Below, piece by piece: positions 46,364-57,252 of a stretch of 64,000 bases of DNA. The notes under the pieces are model-generated. The model saw only the letters and a program-made list of their open reading frames with translations. It was not told where the DNA came from and did no database searches. The DNA comes from Candidatus Dormiibacterota bacterium (GTDB lineage: Bacteria; Chloroflexota; Dormibacteria; Aeolococcales; Aeolococcaceae). The translations under genes and the position numbers were made by a program. Position 1 is the stretch's first letter; each line of letters starts with the position of its first letter. The stretch spans positions 51,218-115,217 of the forward strand of contig CAVPTG010000015.1 of assembly GCA_963708605.1 (NCBI GenBank). The letters are read 5' to 3'.

Positions 46364-47592
46364 AGTTCCGCGACGCGATCCTGGTTGCGTACCGCGGTCT
46401 CACCCGCCACTGGGTGCGGGCAACGCTCAACGTGCTTGGGATCGTCGCGGGCGTCGCATCGGTGATCATGCTCGTCTCGGTCGCGCACTCGGTGAGCAGC
46501 AGCGCGAAGTCGGCAGTGGAAGGCTTGGGGGCCAACCTCGTGGTGGTGTACCCATCCGGCACCCCGTCGTCAGGCGTTCAAATCGGCATCGGGACCACAT
46601 CAAGTTTGACCTCGAACGACGTGACGGCGCTCAGCAACATTGCGAACGTCCCCGATGCGGTGCAAGCCGTCCCGAGCGCAGGCATCAGCACAAACGTCAA
46701 CGCCGGTGCCCACACCTGGCAGACCGATGTGATCGGCACCACGCCGGGATTCGGGATCGCTCGCGGATACACCCTCAGCGATGGCGTGTCCTACGGCTAT
46801 TCCGCCGTCAAGGCCGCCCAGAACGTAGTCATCATCGGACAGACCGTCGCACGGCAACTGTTTCCCACCGTCGACGCGATCGGACAGCACGTTCTCATCA
46901 ACCAGCAGGATTTCACAGTCATCGGCGAGTACGCCGCACGGGGCTACTCCGGCCTGTACAACCAGGATGATCTTGTGGTCATGCCGATCACGACACTCTG
47001 GGACTTCGTGCTTCCAACCACGGTACCCAGAATCCAGCAGATCCTGGTACAGGCAACCAGCCCGAGCACGACGGCGAAGGCCGCGGCCGAAGTGACGAAT
47101 ACACTGCTGCATGGTCACGGCATCACCAATCCGGCGCTTGCCGACTTCCGCGTGGTGACGCAGCAGGACCTGGTCGCCGGCGCGGAGCGCGTGGGCACGG
47201 TCATGCAGTGGATGCTCGGCGCGGTGGCACTCATCGCGCTCCTCACCGGCGGTATCGGCATCATGAGCCTCATGCTGGCCACCGTCGGCGAGCGAGCCTA
47301 CGAGATCGGTGTACGTCGCGCTGTCGGCGCAAGCCGTGAGGACATCCTCGGCCAGTTCCTCATCGAAGCGCTTCTGCTGTCGATCCTTGGTGGCATCGCA
47401 GGGATCGCGCTCGGTTTCGGTGGGGCGACCTTCACCGGAGACGTATTCACGGATCTCCCGGCACCGGTGGTCACCGGCTTCGCGGTGCTCATCGCCGCCG
47501 GCGTGGCGCTGGCGATTGGAGTTGGGGCGGGCCTCTATCCGGCCGTGCGCGCCTCTCTGCTGCAGCCCGTTGAAGCCGTGCACCGACAATAA
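46360..47592 (+). CDS. ABC transporter permease (MacB_PCD + FtsX domain)
   Basis: ATGA overlap with the ATPase gene. The topology is one N-terminal TM helix, a ~230-aa periplasmic domain and three C-terminal TM helices, with the FtsX-type motif ERAYEIGVRRAVGASREDI. Confidence 0.9.
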   Translation: MKFRDAILVAYRGLTRHWVRATLNVLGIVAGVASVIMLVSVAHSVSSSAKSAVEGLGANLVVVYPSGTPSSGVQIGIGTTSSLTSNDVTALSNIANVPDAVQAVPSAGISTNVNAGAHTWQTDVIGTTPGFGIARGYTLSDGVSYGYSAVKAAQNVVIIGQTVARQLFPTVDAIGQHVLINQQDFTVIGEYAARGYSGLYNQDDLVVMPITTLWDFVLPTTVPRIQQILVQATSPSTTAKAAAEVTNTLLHGHGITNPALADFRVVTQQDLVAGAERVGTVMQWMLGAVALIALLTGGIGIMSLMLATVGERAYEIGVRRAVGASREDILGQFLIEALLLSILGGIAGIALGFGGATFTGDVFTDLPAPVVTGFAVLIAAGVALAIGVGAGLYPAVRASLLQPVEAVHRQ

Positions 47593-47603
47593 GCAGGAAG
47601 TCG

Positions 47604-47927
47604 ATGATCAAGATTCCCACGCTTTCGCGCTCGCCTGCCACGGCTGCGACCGGGTCAGCGGTGCTCATCGTCGCGGCGCTGGCTGGGGTCGTTCTCGCGG
47701 CCGGCGCTGATTCGGGGTCTTCCGCCACGGCGGGCCAATATGTCTCGGCGCCGGCGGCCAACGTTGCCCCGCTCGTGCTCCCGAAGCCTTGTGTCGTGAC
47801 CAAACATCGCCGGTCATGCAGCACGGCTGCGTCGGCGTCGCATCGCGCGAAGCAGGTCAAGAAGCAGCCCGTCCAGAGCGCAGCGTTACCGGCCCAGACT
47901 GTCGCTCCCACCCCGGTCGGCCCGTGA
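47604..47927 (+). CDS. Small signal-anchored hypothetical protein (107 aa)
   Basis: It starts 9 nt after the permease stop and has a TM helix AVLIVAALAGVVLAAG. Its TGA overlaps the GTG of the next gene (GTGA). Confidence 0.5.
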   Translation: MIKIPTLSRSPATAATGSAVLIVAALAGVVLAAGADSGSSATAGQYVSAPAANVAPLVLPKPCVVTKHRRSCSTAASASHRAKQVKKQPVQSAALPAQTVAPTPVGP

Positions 47928-48880
47928 GGGTATTGGTCGCCGGGGCAGCGCGCTGTGGGAGCACATGGGCCGCGAACGTTCTCGGGCATGCCGTCGGGTC
48001 GCGAACCGTGTACGAGCCGGACGGGCACAACTCCGACGTTCTCGGGGCTGTCGCTGCGGCGCGACTGGGCGAGTACCCTGTGCTGGAGGCGGCAGACTCG
48101 AGCTATTGGTATCGGCTGATCTGGGATCTCGCGTTCGCCGGCGGCTGGCCGTGGGACAAGGTCGAGTCCGCGCGAGCGGCCGGCCGAGGGCTGGTGCGGA
48201 TACCTCCGGTGCTGCGCGACTACCTCGTCGCCGGACTCGCCGAGGGGACCCGAACTGTTCGGCGGCGACCAGACAACGTCGTCGTGAAATCGGTCAACTC
48301 GATCTTCTCGCTGGACTGGATCGTCGAGCGGTATTCGCCGACTGTGGTGATCCTTCGGCGCAATCCCCTCAACATCGTGTCCAGCTGGCTTGTGCTTGGA
48401 ATGTGGAGCGACCACACGATTGGCAACCATCCGATGGTGCGGGAACGGTATCTGACATCGCTCGGCCTCCAATCGCCCAACGGCACGTCGTCGCCTGTGA
48501 GGATTGCCGCGTGGAATGTCGGGCTGCTTACCCGCGCCCTCAAGGATGCGGCCGAGCGTCATCCCTCATGGATTGTCGCATCACACGATGACCTCTGCAT
48601 CGATCCGATGCGGAAGTTTCAGGCGTTGACTACCCGCATCGGCCTGCAGTGGTCAGACGCCATGGAGCGATATCTCACGGAGTCCGAGGACCCGGCCTTC
48701 ACAGTCCACCACGGGACAGTGAAGGTGCATCCCAACGCGGTGACGGCCACCACGTCAGGCAGCAGGCGTGAGCAGCAAGGTACCCAGTTCACGCGACGCC
48801 TCACTCCTCAGCAGACAGCCGAGGCCCTGGCTGTCCTCGAGAGCTTCGACCTCGGCGACTGGGGACCTCGGACCGTCTGA
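47924..48880 (+). CDS. Sulfotransferase-fold protein, paralogue 4 (subfamily B)
   Basis: Track ORF 47789..48880. The GTG at 47924 gives VRVLVAGAARCGSTWAANVLG, co-linear with paralogue 3. Also VVILRRNPLNIVSSW, YEPD, WDLAFAGGWPW, VVVKS and SHDDL. Confidence 0.75.
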   Translation: MRVLVAGAARCGSTWAANVLGHAVGSRTVYEPDGHNSDVLGAVAAARLGEYPVLEAADSSYWYRLIWDLAFAGGWPWDKVESARAAGRGLVRIPPVLRDYLVAGLAEGTRTVRRRPDNVVVKSVNSIFSLDWIVERYSPTVVILRRNPLNIVSSWLVLGMWSDHTIGNHPMVRERYLTSLGLQSPNGTSSPVRIAAWNVGLLTRALKDAAERHPSWIVASHDDLCIDPMRKFQALTTRIGLQWSDAMERYLTESEDPAFTVHHGTVKVHPNAVTATTSGSRREQQGTQFTRRLTPQQTAEALAVLESFDLGDWGPRTV

Positions 48881-49051
48881 GGACTTATCCCCAGCGTGGT
48901 TTCCCGCAACGGGTTGTGCGTCGTCTGTCGCGCTCCCGCCACAAATGGCGAGGGACCCCGCCGCATCACTGGAACAGAGTGTGCGGCGAGATCCCCCTGG
49001 TGTCGGCCGGGCGACACAGACGTCGCCGGCCTCCCTTCCTGTGACGACGGC

Positions 49052-50671
49052 CTAGCCCAGGCGGCGCGCCCTCCGGATCTCGGCCGATGCGATGCCTGTC
49101 ACCCCGAGACCACCGAGCAGGAGCCCCAGGGCAGGAGCCGCCAGGAGCCCGACACCGGTGCCTGGCGTCGTGATGCCTTGCACGCCACTGGTCACAGAAG
49201 TGATGTGCACGGGCTCATCTCCGCACTTGTCGCTGGAGCCTGCGTTCCTGACATCGCCGTTGTAGACAGCGATCCACTGGTACGTCCCAGCGGTTTTCGT
49301 GCCACTGAAGTTGGCTGACCTAGCGGTTCCGTCCGCCAGCATCGCGACGGTGCTGGTGAAGATCGCTGGGCCGGCGCACGACCCATCGCTCGGGCTGTAC
49401 AGCGAGAATGTGACCGTGCCGCTGGGGTGGACGCCTTCGGAAACCCGCACGGTGTCCCAGACCACGGTTCCGGTGACGCCACCCGCCGACGGTGTCGACT
49501 TGAGCGAGGTGGAGTCCTTGCCGATGGTGACGGGCTCCTTACCGCAGACGCTGAGTGCCTCGGTGTTGTTCGCATCGCCACCATAGTCGACCACCCACTG
49601 GTAGACGCCGGGCTCCGTGGTGATGTAGCCAGGTGCCGGAACGCTGGCCTTGCCATCAACGAGCGCGAATGGTCCCGCCATGAAGATCCAGCCATGGACC
49701 GTCCCACCGTCAGTCGTCAGCTTCATCTGGCAGGTTGCATTGCCCGGTCCGAATAGATAGAAGCGCATGTTCCCCGTCGGATCACTCCCGATCACCGTTG
49801 CCGAGTCGGTGAGTGCTGTGCCGACCGGGGCACCGCGAGCGCTCGAAGGCACACTGGTGATGCTCGTCGGCATCTTGCCGATGGTGACGGGTTCCTTGCC
49901 GCACACACCCAGCGCCTCGGTGTTGTTGACATCCCCGCCGTAGTCGGCAACCCATTGATAGACGCCGGCTTGGGTGGCAGTGAAGCCGGGCGCCGGGACG
50001 CTGGCTTTGCCGTTCACGAGCGCGATCGGGCCGGCCATGAAGATCCAGCCGTGTGGTTCATTCTGCGAGGTCTGGTTGAAGTTGCACGTCGAGTTGTCCG
50101 GCCCGAACAGGTAGAACCGAATGTTGCCGGTCGCATTGAAGCCGTCGACTGTCGCCGAGTCCATCAGCTTGCTGCCGACATGCGAGCCGTGAGATGTCGA
50201 GGGCGTCGTATCGATGCTCGTCGGCAGCTTGTTGACGGTCACCGGCTCGTCGCCACACGTGGTCGGCCCCGATTCGATCGCACCACCGCTGGTGATCACG
50301 ATCTCGGCGGTCCATTCGAAGGTCCCCGTCGACTGGGCGACATACGAGGCCGAGGTCACCGTGCTGTCGGTCAGCGATGCGGTTGTGACCGGCTCGTTGT
50401 CGGTGAAGACCGGGCTTGCGCCCGGAACGCCGCAGGTCCCAGGCGCCCAAAGGAAGAAGGTCACGTGCCGGGAGCTGTCCGCATAGACGACCGCCTGGTC
50501 GGCTAGGGCAGTCTTGTCGACCACCCCAACGGACGGTTGTGGCGTTGTGCCAATGATGTAGTGCGCCGACGCGGACATCGTGGTGGCGATGCCGGCGACC
50601 GCCACCCCGAGTACAGCGCCGCCGCCGATGGCCAAGGTGCGAGCTTTTCTCGCCCAGCCGTGTTGCCGCAT
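49052..50671 (-). CDS. Secreted Ig-like domain repeat protein (4 Big_3_5-like modules) with C-terminal VQGITTPGTG sorting-type signal
   Basis: Signal peptide MRQHGWARKARTLAIGGGAVLGVAVAGIA. Modules end Y.W.A.YGGD.NN.E....CG.EPV.I.K. The C-terminus is SGVQGITTPGTGVGLLAAPALGLLLGGLGVTGIASAEIRRARRLG. Confidence 0.8.
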   Translation of the reverse strand: MRQHGWARKARTLAIGGGAVLGVAVAGIATTMSASAHYIIGTTPQPSVGVVDKTALADQAVVYADSSRHVTFFLWAPGTCGVPGASPVFTDNEPVTTASLTDSTVTSASYVAQSTGTFEWTAEIVITSGGAIESGPTTCGDEPVTVNKLPTSIDTTPSTSHGSHVGSKLMDSATVDGFNATGNIRFYLFGPDNSTCNFNQTSQNEPHGWIFMAGPIALVNGKASVPAPGFTATQAGVYQWVADYGGDVNNTEALGVCGKEPVTIGKMPTSITSVPSSARGAPVGTALTDSATVIGSDPTGNMRFYLFGPGNATCQMKLTTDGGTVHGWIFMAGPFALVDGKASVPAPGYITTEPGVYQWVVDYGGDANNTEALSVCGKEPVTIGKDSTSLKSTPSAGGVTGTVVWDTVRVSEGVHPSGTVTFSLYSPSDGSCAGPAIFTSTVAMLADGTARSANFSGTKTAGTYQWIAVYNGDVRNAGSSDKCGDEPVHITSVTSGVQGITTPGTGVGLLAAPALGLLLGGLGVTGIASAEIRRARRLG

Positions 50672-50949
50672 GGGTAACCCTCCTGACGCGGCGCCTCCCA
50701 GCGCCCCCTGCTAACCCTGACCCGCCCACTACACCAATGTCACGAACGCTTCGAACACGTCGTTCCAATCGAACGGCGTTATTGTAACAAACGCTCTGCT
50801 AGGCCGCAAGGTCTGAGATTGAAACTTGCGAGAACGGGGGTTGCGCTACGTGATCGAGGCGCCACGAGGCCCGCCATATGCCGTCGATGCCTGCCTTCAA
50901 GACACCCCGAGCTTGGGCCCGCACCTGGACCTCGGTTCTTCCCCCGGGG

Positions 50950-50983
50950 GCGGAGGTGCGGCCCCGTGGGCCGCACCCCCCGC
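50950..50983 (-). terminator. Terminator-like GC hairpin downstream of the acetate-transporter gene
   Basis: Core 9-bp stem GGTGCGGCC / GGCCGCACC with extendable imperfect flanks, about 20 nt after the stop at 51002. Confidence 0.4.
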
Positions 50984-51001
50984 ACTCACCGGGTCGTACC
51001 T

Positions 51002-51631
51002 TCAAACGGGAAGGACGATTCGCTTGAAGTTGGCGTTGGTCACGAACGCGAACGAGCAGTAGATCGCCGCAACCGCGGTGAGCAGGGCAAGGATGCCCGA
51101 GATCTGGTTCCAACCAGCACTCGGCATGCTCTTTGCCCAGAAGGCAATCGCCAGCGTGATGAACGTGAGAGCGAGCAGGAAGAACACCAGCGACACGCCG
51201 CGTGACGCCCCGCCCAGCGATGCGACGAACATGTAGGCCGTGAAGATGCCCCATGCAAGGGCGTACAGGCCGAGGATCGGGGTCGGGTCCTTGGGAAGCA
51301 GCGGCGCGAAGGTCGTGTTGATCAGCACGAAGCTGAGCCAGAACAACCCGTAACTCGTGAATGCAGTTGCCCCGAAGGTGTTGCCCACCCTGAACTCCCA
51401 CATCCCGGCCAGGATCTGTCCGAGGCCACCGAACGCAACTGCCATTGCCAGCACCACTGCCGCCGAGCCCGCGGTCAGCGTTCCCGGCGCCGCCGAGATG
51501 AACCCCGCGTTGATGGCCCCGAGCAGCAGCGTTGTCATGCCGAATCCGATCAGCCCCAGCGGGGCTGGGTTTGCGACCGGTGCCACCAACTCCGCCACAT
51601 AGGGCGCGCCGGGTGTAACTACGGTTGCCAT
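51002..51631 (-). CDS. Acetate uptake transporter family protein (GPR1/FUN34/YaaH, SatP-like)
   Basis: The signature NPAPLGLIGFGMTTLLL, six TM helices and FGATAFTSYGLFWLSF. Confidence 0.9.
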   Translation of the reverse strand: MATVVTPGAPYVAELVAPVANPAPLGLIGFGMTTLLLGAINAGFISAAPGTLTAGSAAVVLAMAVAFGGLGQILAGMWEFRVGNTFGATAFTSYGLFWLSFVLINTTFAPLLPKDPTPILGLYALAWGIFTAYMFVASLGGASRGVSLVFFLLALTFITLAIAFWAKSMPSAGWNQISGILALLTAVAAIYCSFAFVTNANFKRIVLPV

Positions 51632-51715
51632 AAGTTGGTAGCCCTCCTAATGAGACCGGGGTACCTGGCACCCCGGAGCGTGTTCGTAATCGAACTGTCC
51701 CCCATCGCGATGGAT

Positions 51716-53680
<1,965 letters not shown>

Positions 53681-53990
53681 CACGACCTCCTGGACGGCGC
53701 CTTGACGGAATTGATTTCCGCGCATTAATTGCACTAGTGCGGTCGCTTAGGCAAGCACTTCCTCAGTATCCGATCCGGAGGTTGGCCCTTGTCCGGCTGC
53801 CAGTCAACCTGGTTGGATGACCGACCAGGCGGTTCGAGGGCGCCTCACCTGGTGTGCCCAGTAGCCGTAGCTCGGGTTGTCACCCGCCAGCCGCAGGATG
53901 GTCGGCACCCGAAGGGTCGCGCGGCATCCATACTTGCAACGCAACTCGCCGCCCCGATGTTGAGTCTCGAGACGCGACTTCTCTACGGCC

Positions 53991-55943
53991 CTACGTGAGA
54001 TGGACCGGCGTGCTCGCGTAGTTGACGACCACCGTGAAGGTGTCGGTCGCCGTGCCGTTGACGGTGTAGTGCAGGTTCCACCACCCACCATTGCCTGCCG
54101 CGTAGTTCGAGGGGATCTGCAATTGGAACAGCACCCAACGTGAATTGAAGATGTTGGGCGACGAGTGGCCCGCGCAGCTGTTTGTTTCGTCCGTGTTGAT
54201 GAGCGCTTGGGTGGCGACGGGCTGAACCGGCGTGCTGGCGCAAGAGTCAGCTGTGTTGACCGCCAGGCTCGGTGTTGGAGTTGTGTTCCTGTTGATCCCC
54301 AGGTCGAAGACAGGGACCCCCGACGAGGCCGTGAGCAGGCACGGTGCTGGGTTGGGATTGCAGCTCTGCGTGTCGGGATTGAGGATGGAGATCTGGTTGC
54401 TGCCGCCGACGTCGCCGACATCAAAGATGTAGAAGTTGATCGTCTGGCCGGCGTAGTCGTTGGGAAGGTTGAACAAGGGTACGGAGAAGCCCGACCCAGA
54501 CGATGAGATCGGCGTGTATACGGCGAGCTCATCGAGCGCCGAAACCTGGCAGCCGGGGTCTGCGCACTGCGCGCCGCCCGCTACCGCCAGCTGGACGGCG
54601 TACCCCTTGTGAGCGCGGGAGCAGGGCGACGCGCCCGCATCATCCCCGGGGCGCAGACCCTGCCAATCGAGCATGTCGACACGGAGACGGTAGGCCCCAG
54701 GGGCAAGCGAGCCCGCTACAAGCGACTTGGTGACGTGGAGGACGTTGTAGGTAGTCGCCCCCACCGTCCACTTGGTCGAGTTAACAGGCGGCGTTCCGGC
54801 GTCCATCCATCCGTGGTAGATGTTGTTGAGCACGTAGTTGAAGACTGGCCCCGCGGGGATGGTCTGGCCGTTGCGGACATCTTTAATGGAAGTGACCGTG
54901 CTACCTGAGGTCGTGACGTTCAGCGGATCAACGATGACCTGGCTGAGCGGCGTGTCCTTGGTGTGGTCAAAGATGTCATTGACCTTGAACACGGTGTACT
55001 CCATCGCGGAGTACTGGTCTGTGTAGGCGTTCCCGCTGAAGCTCGTGTCCTGCTCGTGCAAGTTGTAGCTGCCGCCCAACGGGTTGAACCCGTTGTCGGG
55101 AGCAAAGGCCGGGTTGTAGACTTGGACGTAGGCCGCAGCGATAGTGCCTGGCACCGCGACCGAGAAGTTGTACCCACCGCGCTCGGGGAGGACGTTCACG
55201 CCGGCGCCGGTCAGCGTGGCGTCAGTAACGTCGCTTCCAAGGTTTGCGCTCAGCGAGTGGACGTCGGTCGACGTCCCGTATCCCGCCGTGTTCTCGTTGC
55301 CAATGGTGCATGAGCCGAAGGTGGTTTTGACATTGTAGGGGTCATACGCATCGCCTTCTGAGCGATCGTTGCCATAACCCTCCGAACGAAGAAAATAGTA
55401 GTTTCCGCCGGTGCCGAGTGCGCTTTCCGTGCTTCCGAGCTGCGCTCCAGGCTGGCCGAGAGCGATCGGGGGGAGATAGAACGCGGTGTCAGTCGCCATG
55501 ACTGGGTGGGCCCCGAATCCGAGAACACGCAGAAAGGTGGGCTGGACATATGCCTTGACCGTCACGGTGAGCTTGTTGGCCGAGCACGCGGATCCTGTGC
55601 AACCGAGAGGGAACCGGGAGACCGTCACGCTGACCGGGTAGCCGTTAATGGTGCTCCCGTCGGCGAACCCGTTGCGGGCCGTTGCCGCGCACACCGCCGC
55701 ATCAGCCGCGCCGCTCGCGCAACCGGTCCCACCAAATCCGCCGGGCATGTATGGGACGCCCGCGAGTGCGCCTGCCGCGGCCGCTCGTTCAGCGCCGTTG
55801 TACGAAAGGTACGAGAGCCCGGCGTCGACCGCGAGGCCCGTGACCGCGAAAAGGAGCACAGCGATCAACGCGAAGATCGCCATGACCTGGCCCTTGGCGT
55901 CACGGCGCCCTCTGCGTACCACGCCGGCGTTCTTTACGCTCAT
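53991..55943 (-). CDS. TadG-like (Flp pilus assembly, pilin-like N-terminus) large secreted protein
   Basis: Track ORF 53991..55976. The ATG at 55943 is preceded by GGAGGG. The N-terminus GQVMAIFALIAVLLFAVTGLAVDAGLSY matches the TadG/TadE-type prepilin-like anchor, and a ~600-aa uncharacterised domain follows. Confidence 0.7.
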   Translation of the reverse strand: MSVKNAGVVRRGRRDAKGQVMAIFALIAVLLFAVTGLAVDAGLSYLSYNGAERAAAAGALAGVPYMPGGFGGTGCASGAADAAVCAATARNGFADGSTINGYPVSVTVSRFPLGCTGSACSANKLTVTVKAYVQPTFLRVLGFGAHPVMATDTAFYLPPIALGQPGAQLGSTESALGTGGNYYFLRSEGYGNDRSEGDAYDPYNVKTTFGSCTIGNENTAGYGTSTDVHSLSANLGSDVTDATLTGAGVNVLPERGGYNFSVAVPGTIAAAYVQVYNPAFAPDNGFNPLGGSYNLHEQDTSFSGNAYTDQYSAMEYTVFKVNDIFDHTKDTPLSQVIVDPLNVTTSGSTVTSIKDVRNGQTIPAGPVFNYVLNNIYHGWMDAGTPPVNSTKWTVGATTYNVLHVTKSLVAGSLAPGAYRLRVDMLDWQGLRPGDDAGASPCSRAHKGYAVQLAVAGGAQCADPGCQVSALDELAVYTPISSSGSGFSVPLFNLPNDYAGQTINFYIFDVGDVGGSNQISILNPDTQSCNPNPAPCLLTASSGVPVFDLGINRNTTPTPSLAVNTADSCASTPVQPVATQALINTDETNSCAGHSSPNIFNSRWVLFQLQIPSNYAAGNGGWWNLHYTVNGTATDTFTVVVNYASTPVHLT

Positions 55944-55945
55944 CG

Positions 55946-56584
55946 CTACCCTCCTGACTCGTACGGCGCGAAGCACATGGTCTCGTACTGCGCAGCCTGC
56001 ACGTTGAAGAAATTGATGGGCGCAGCGGCCTGGTAGTGAAAGAGCAGACGCACGCCGATTGCCAGCTCGTTTGGATGATTTTGAGTGCGCTTATCGAGCG
56101 TATATCCCGCGGTCCCAACTAACGTCCAGACCCCACCGCTCAGCTTGTACACGTCGACCGGATCAACGCCCGCCACGTAAGCGCCGCTTATGTCAGTCGG
56201 GTCGCTGCAGACGCTCGTCGAGCTGGTGCAGGACCCTGCGGATGCGCAGGGATCGTAGATGTCGATCTCGTCAAACGACGCGACGTTGGTCATTCCTTTG
56301 GCGATCGTCACCACACTGGTGACGATGTTCTGGTCAACCGCGCAGGGGTCGGTCGTACTCGCGCCCATGCAGGCTGCGGTCTGTGCTGCCGCGGTCCCAT
56401 ACCCGTAGTTGGCCACCTCGGCGCCAAGCCGAGCACCCGCTCTCGTCGCCTGACCCGCAATGTCCATGTCAGAGATGAACGAGCCGGTGGTGTATACGCC
56501 GGCGAACATCACGAGCAGGATCGGCAGGATAAAGCAGAACTCCACCAAGGACTGGCCGCGCTGACGACGCTGTACCCGATTCAT
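55946..56584 (-). CDS. TadE/TadF-like pseudopilin
   Basis: RRQRGQSLVEFCFILPILLVMFAGVYTTG is a TadE-like N-terminal motif. The start overlaps the upstream stop (TGATG). Confidence 0.75.
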   Translation of the reverse strand: MNRVQRRQRGQSLVEFCFILPILLVMFAGVYTTGSFISDMDIAGQATRAGARLGAEVANYGYGTAAAQTAACMGASTTDPCAVDQNIVTSVVTIAKGMTNVASFDEIDIYDPCASAGSCTSSTSVCSDPTDISGAYVAGVDPVDVYKLSGGVWTLVGTAGYTLDKRTQNHPNELAIGVRLLFHYQAAAPINFFNVQAAQYETMCFAPYESGG

Positions 56585-57252
56585 CAGCTGGCATTGGTCT
56601 CTGGTTCGAGCCGGAACGTCTTGAGCGCCGTCAGGTTGAAGTTTCCTCCGACGTCAGTGAAGAATCGATACGAATAGGAAATCTTCAACGCAACGAAAGA
56701 ACTCAGCCCGTTCACCACGTTGCGAACCGATGGCGGCCATGGCGGACACTGGGACGGATCGCCCGAGGAGGATGCGCAGCTGCTCCATGCGTCCGTAGCG
56801 ACGACTGCCGACCCGCTGAACGTGTACCGGTCAACGCATTCATTCGCTCCGTCGACGCCCGTTGGGCCGCCCGCACATCCCGTCTGAATCTTCGGCGTGC
56901 CGTCGGCGTGCACGGAGAACCCGTCTTGGGTGGCATTGGTTACCAACTCCTCGACGTCTATCTCGGTGACCTTGACGAGAGAGGTTGTCTGCAAGCCTGC
57001 TGTGGCCATCTTCTGGATCGAGGCGATGTCAGCATTCGAAGCAAGGCCGAGTCCTGCGATCGAGTTGCTGCCGACGGTCGTGGACTGGTCCACCGCGTTG
57101 ATGCTGTAGAGCAGCAGGCCTCCGTCTATCATCGCGAAGATGGCAAAGAAGAAGACGGGCGCGACGATCATGAACTCGACCAGTCCTTGGCCGTGTTTCC
57201 TTCGCCGACGCCTTGGCGACGCGTCCGGATAGCGGACGGGTACGACCCTCAT
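56584..57252 (-). CDS. TadE/TadF-like pseudopilin
   Basis: RRKHGQGLVEFMIVAPVFFFAIFAMIDGGLLLY is a TadE-like N-terminal motif. Confidence 0.75.
   Translation of the reverse strand: MRVVPVRYPDASPRRRRRKHGQGLVEFMIVAPVFFFAIFAMIDGGLLLYSINAVDQSTTVGSNSIAGLGLASNADIASIQKMATAGLQTTSLVKVTEIDVEELVTNATQDGFSVHADGTPKIQTGCAGGPTGVDGANECVDRYTFSGSAVVATDAWSSCASSSGDPSQCPPWPPSVRNVVNGLSSFVALKISYSYRFFTDVGGNFNLTALKTFRLEPETNAS

Noticed and set aside
53804-53960. Short Cys-containing reading frame (..LRCKYGCRATLRVPTILRLAGDNPSYGYWAHQ..) between tadG-like and acs
   Set aside because: It has only a TTG/CTG-type start, no RBS and no recognisable family, and it is part of a long off-frame ORF (53804..54532). The evidence is insufficient.
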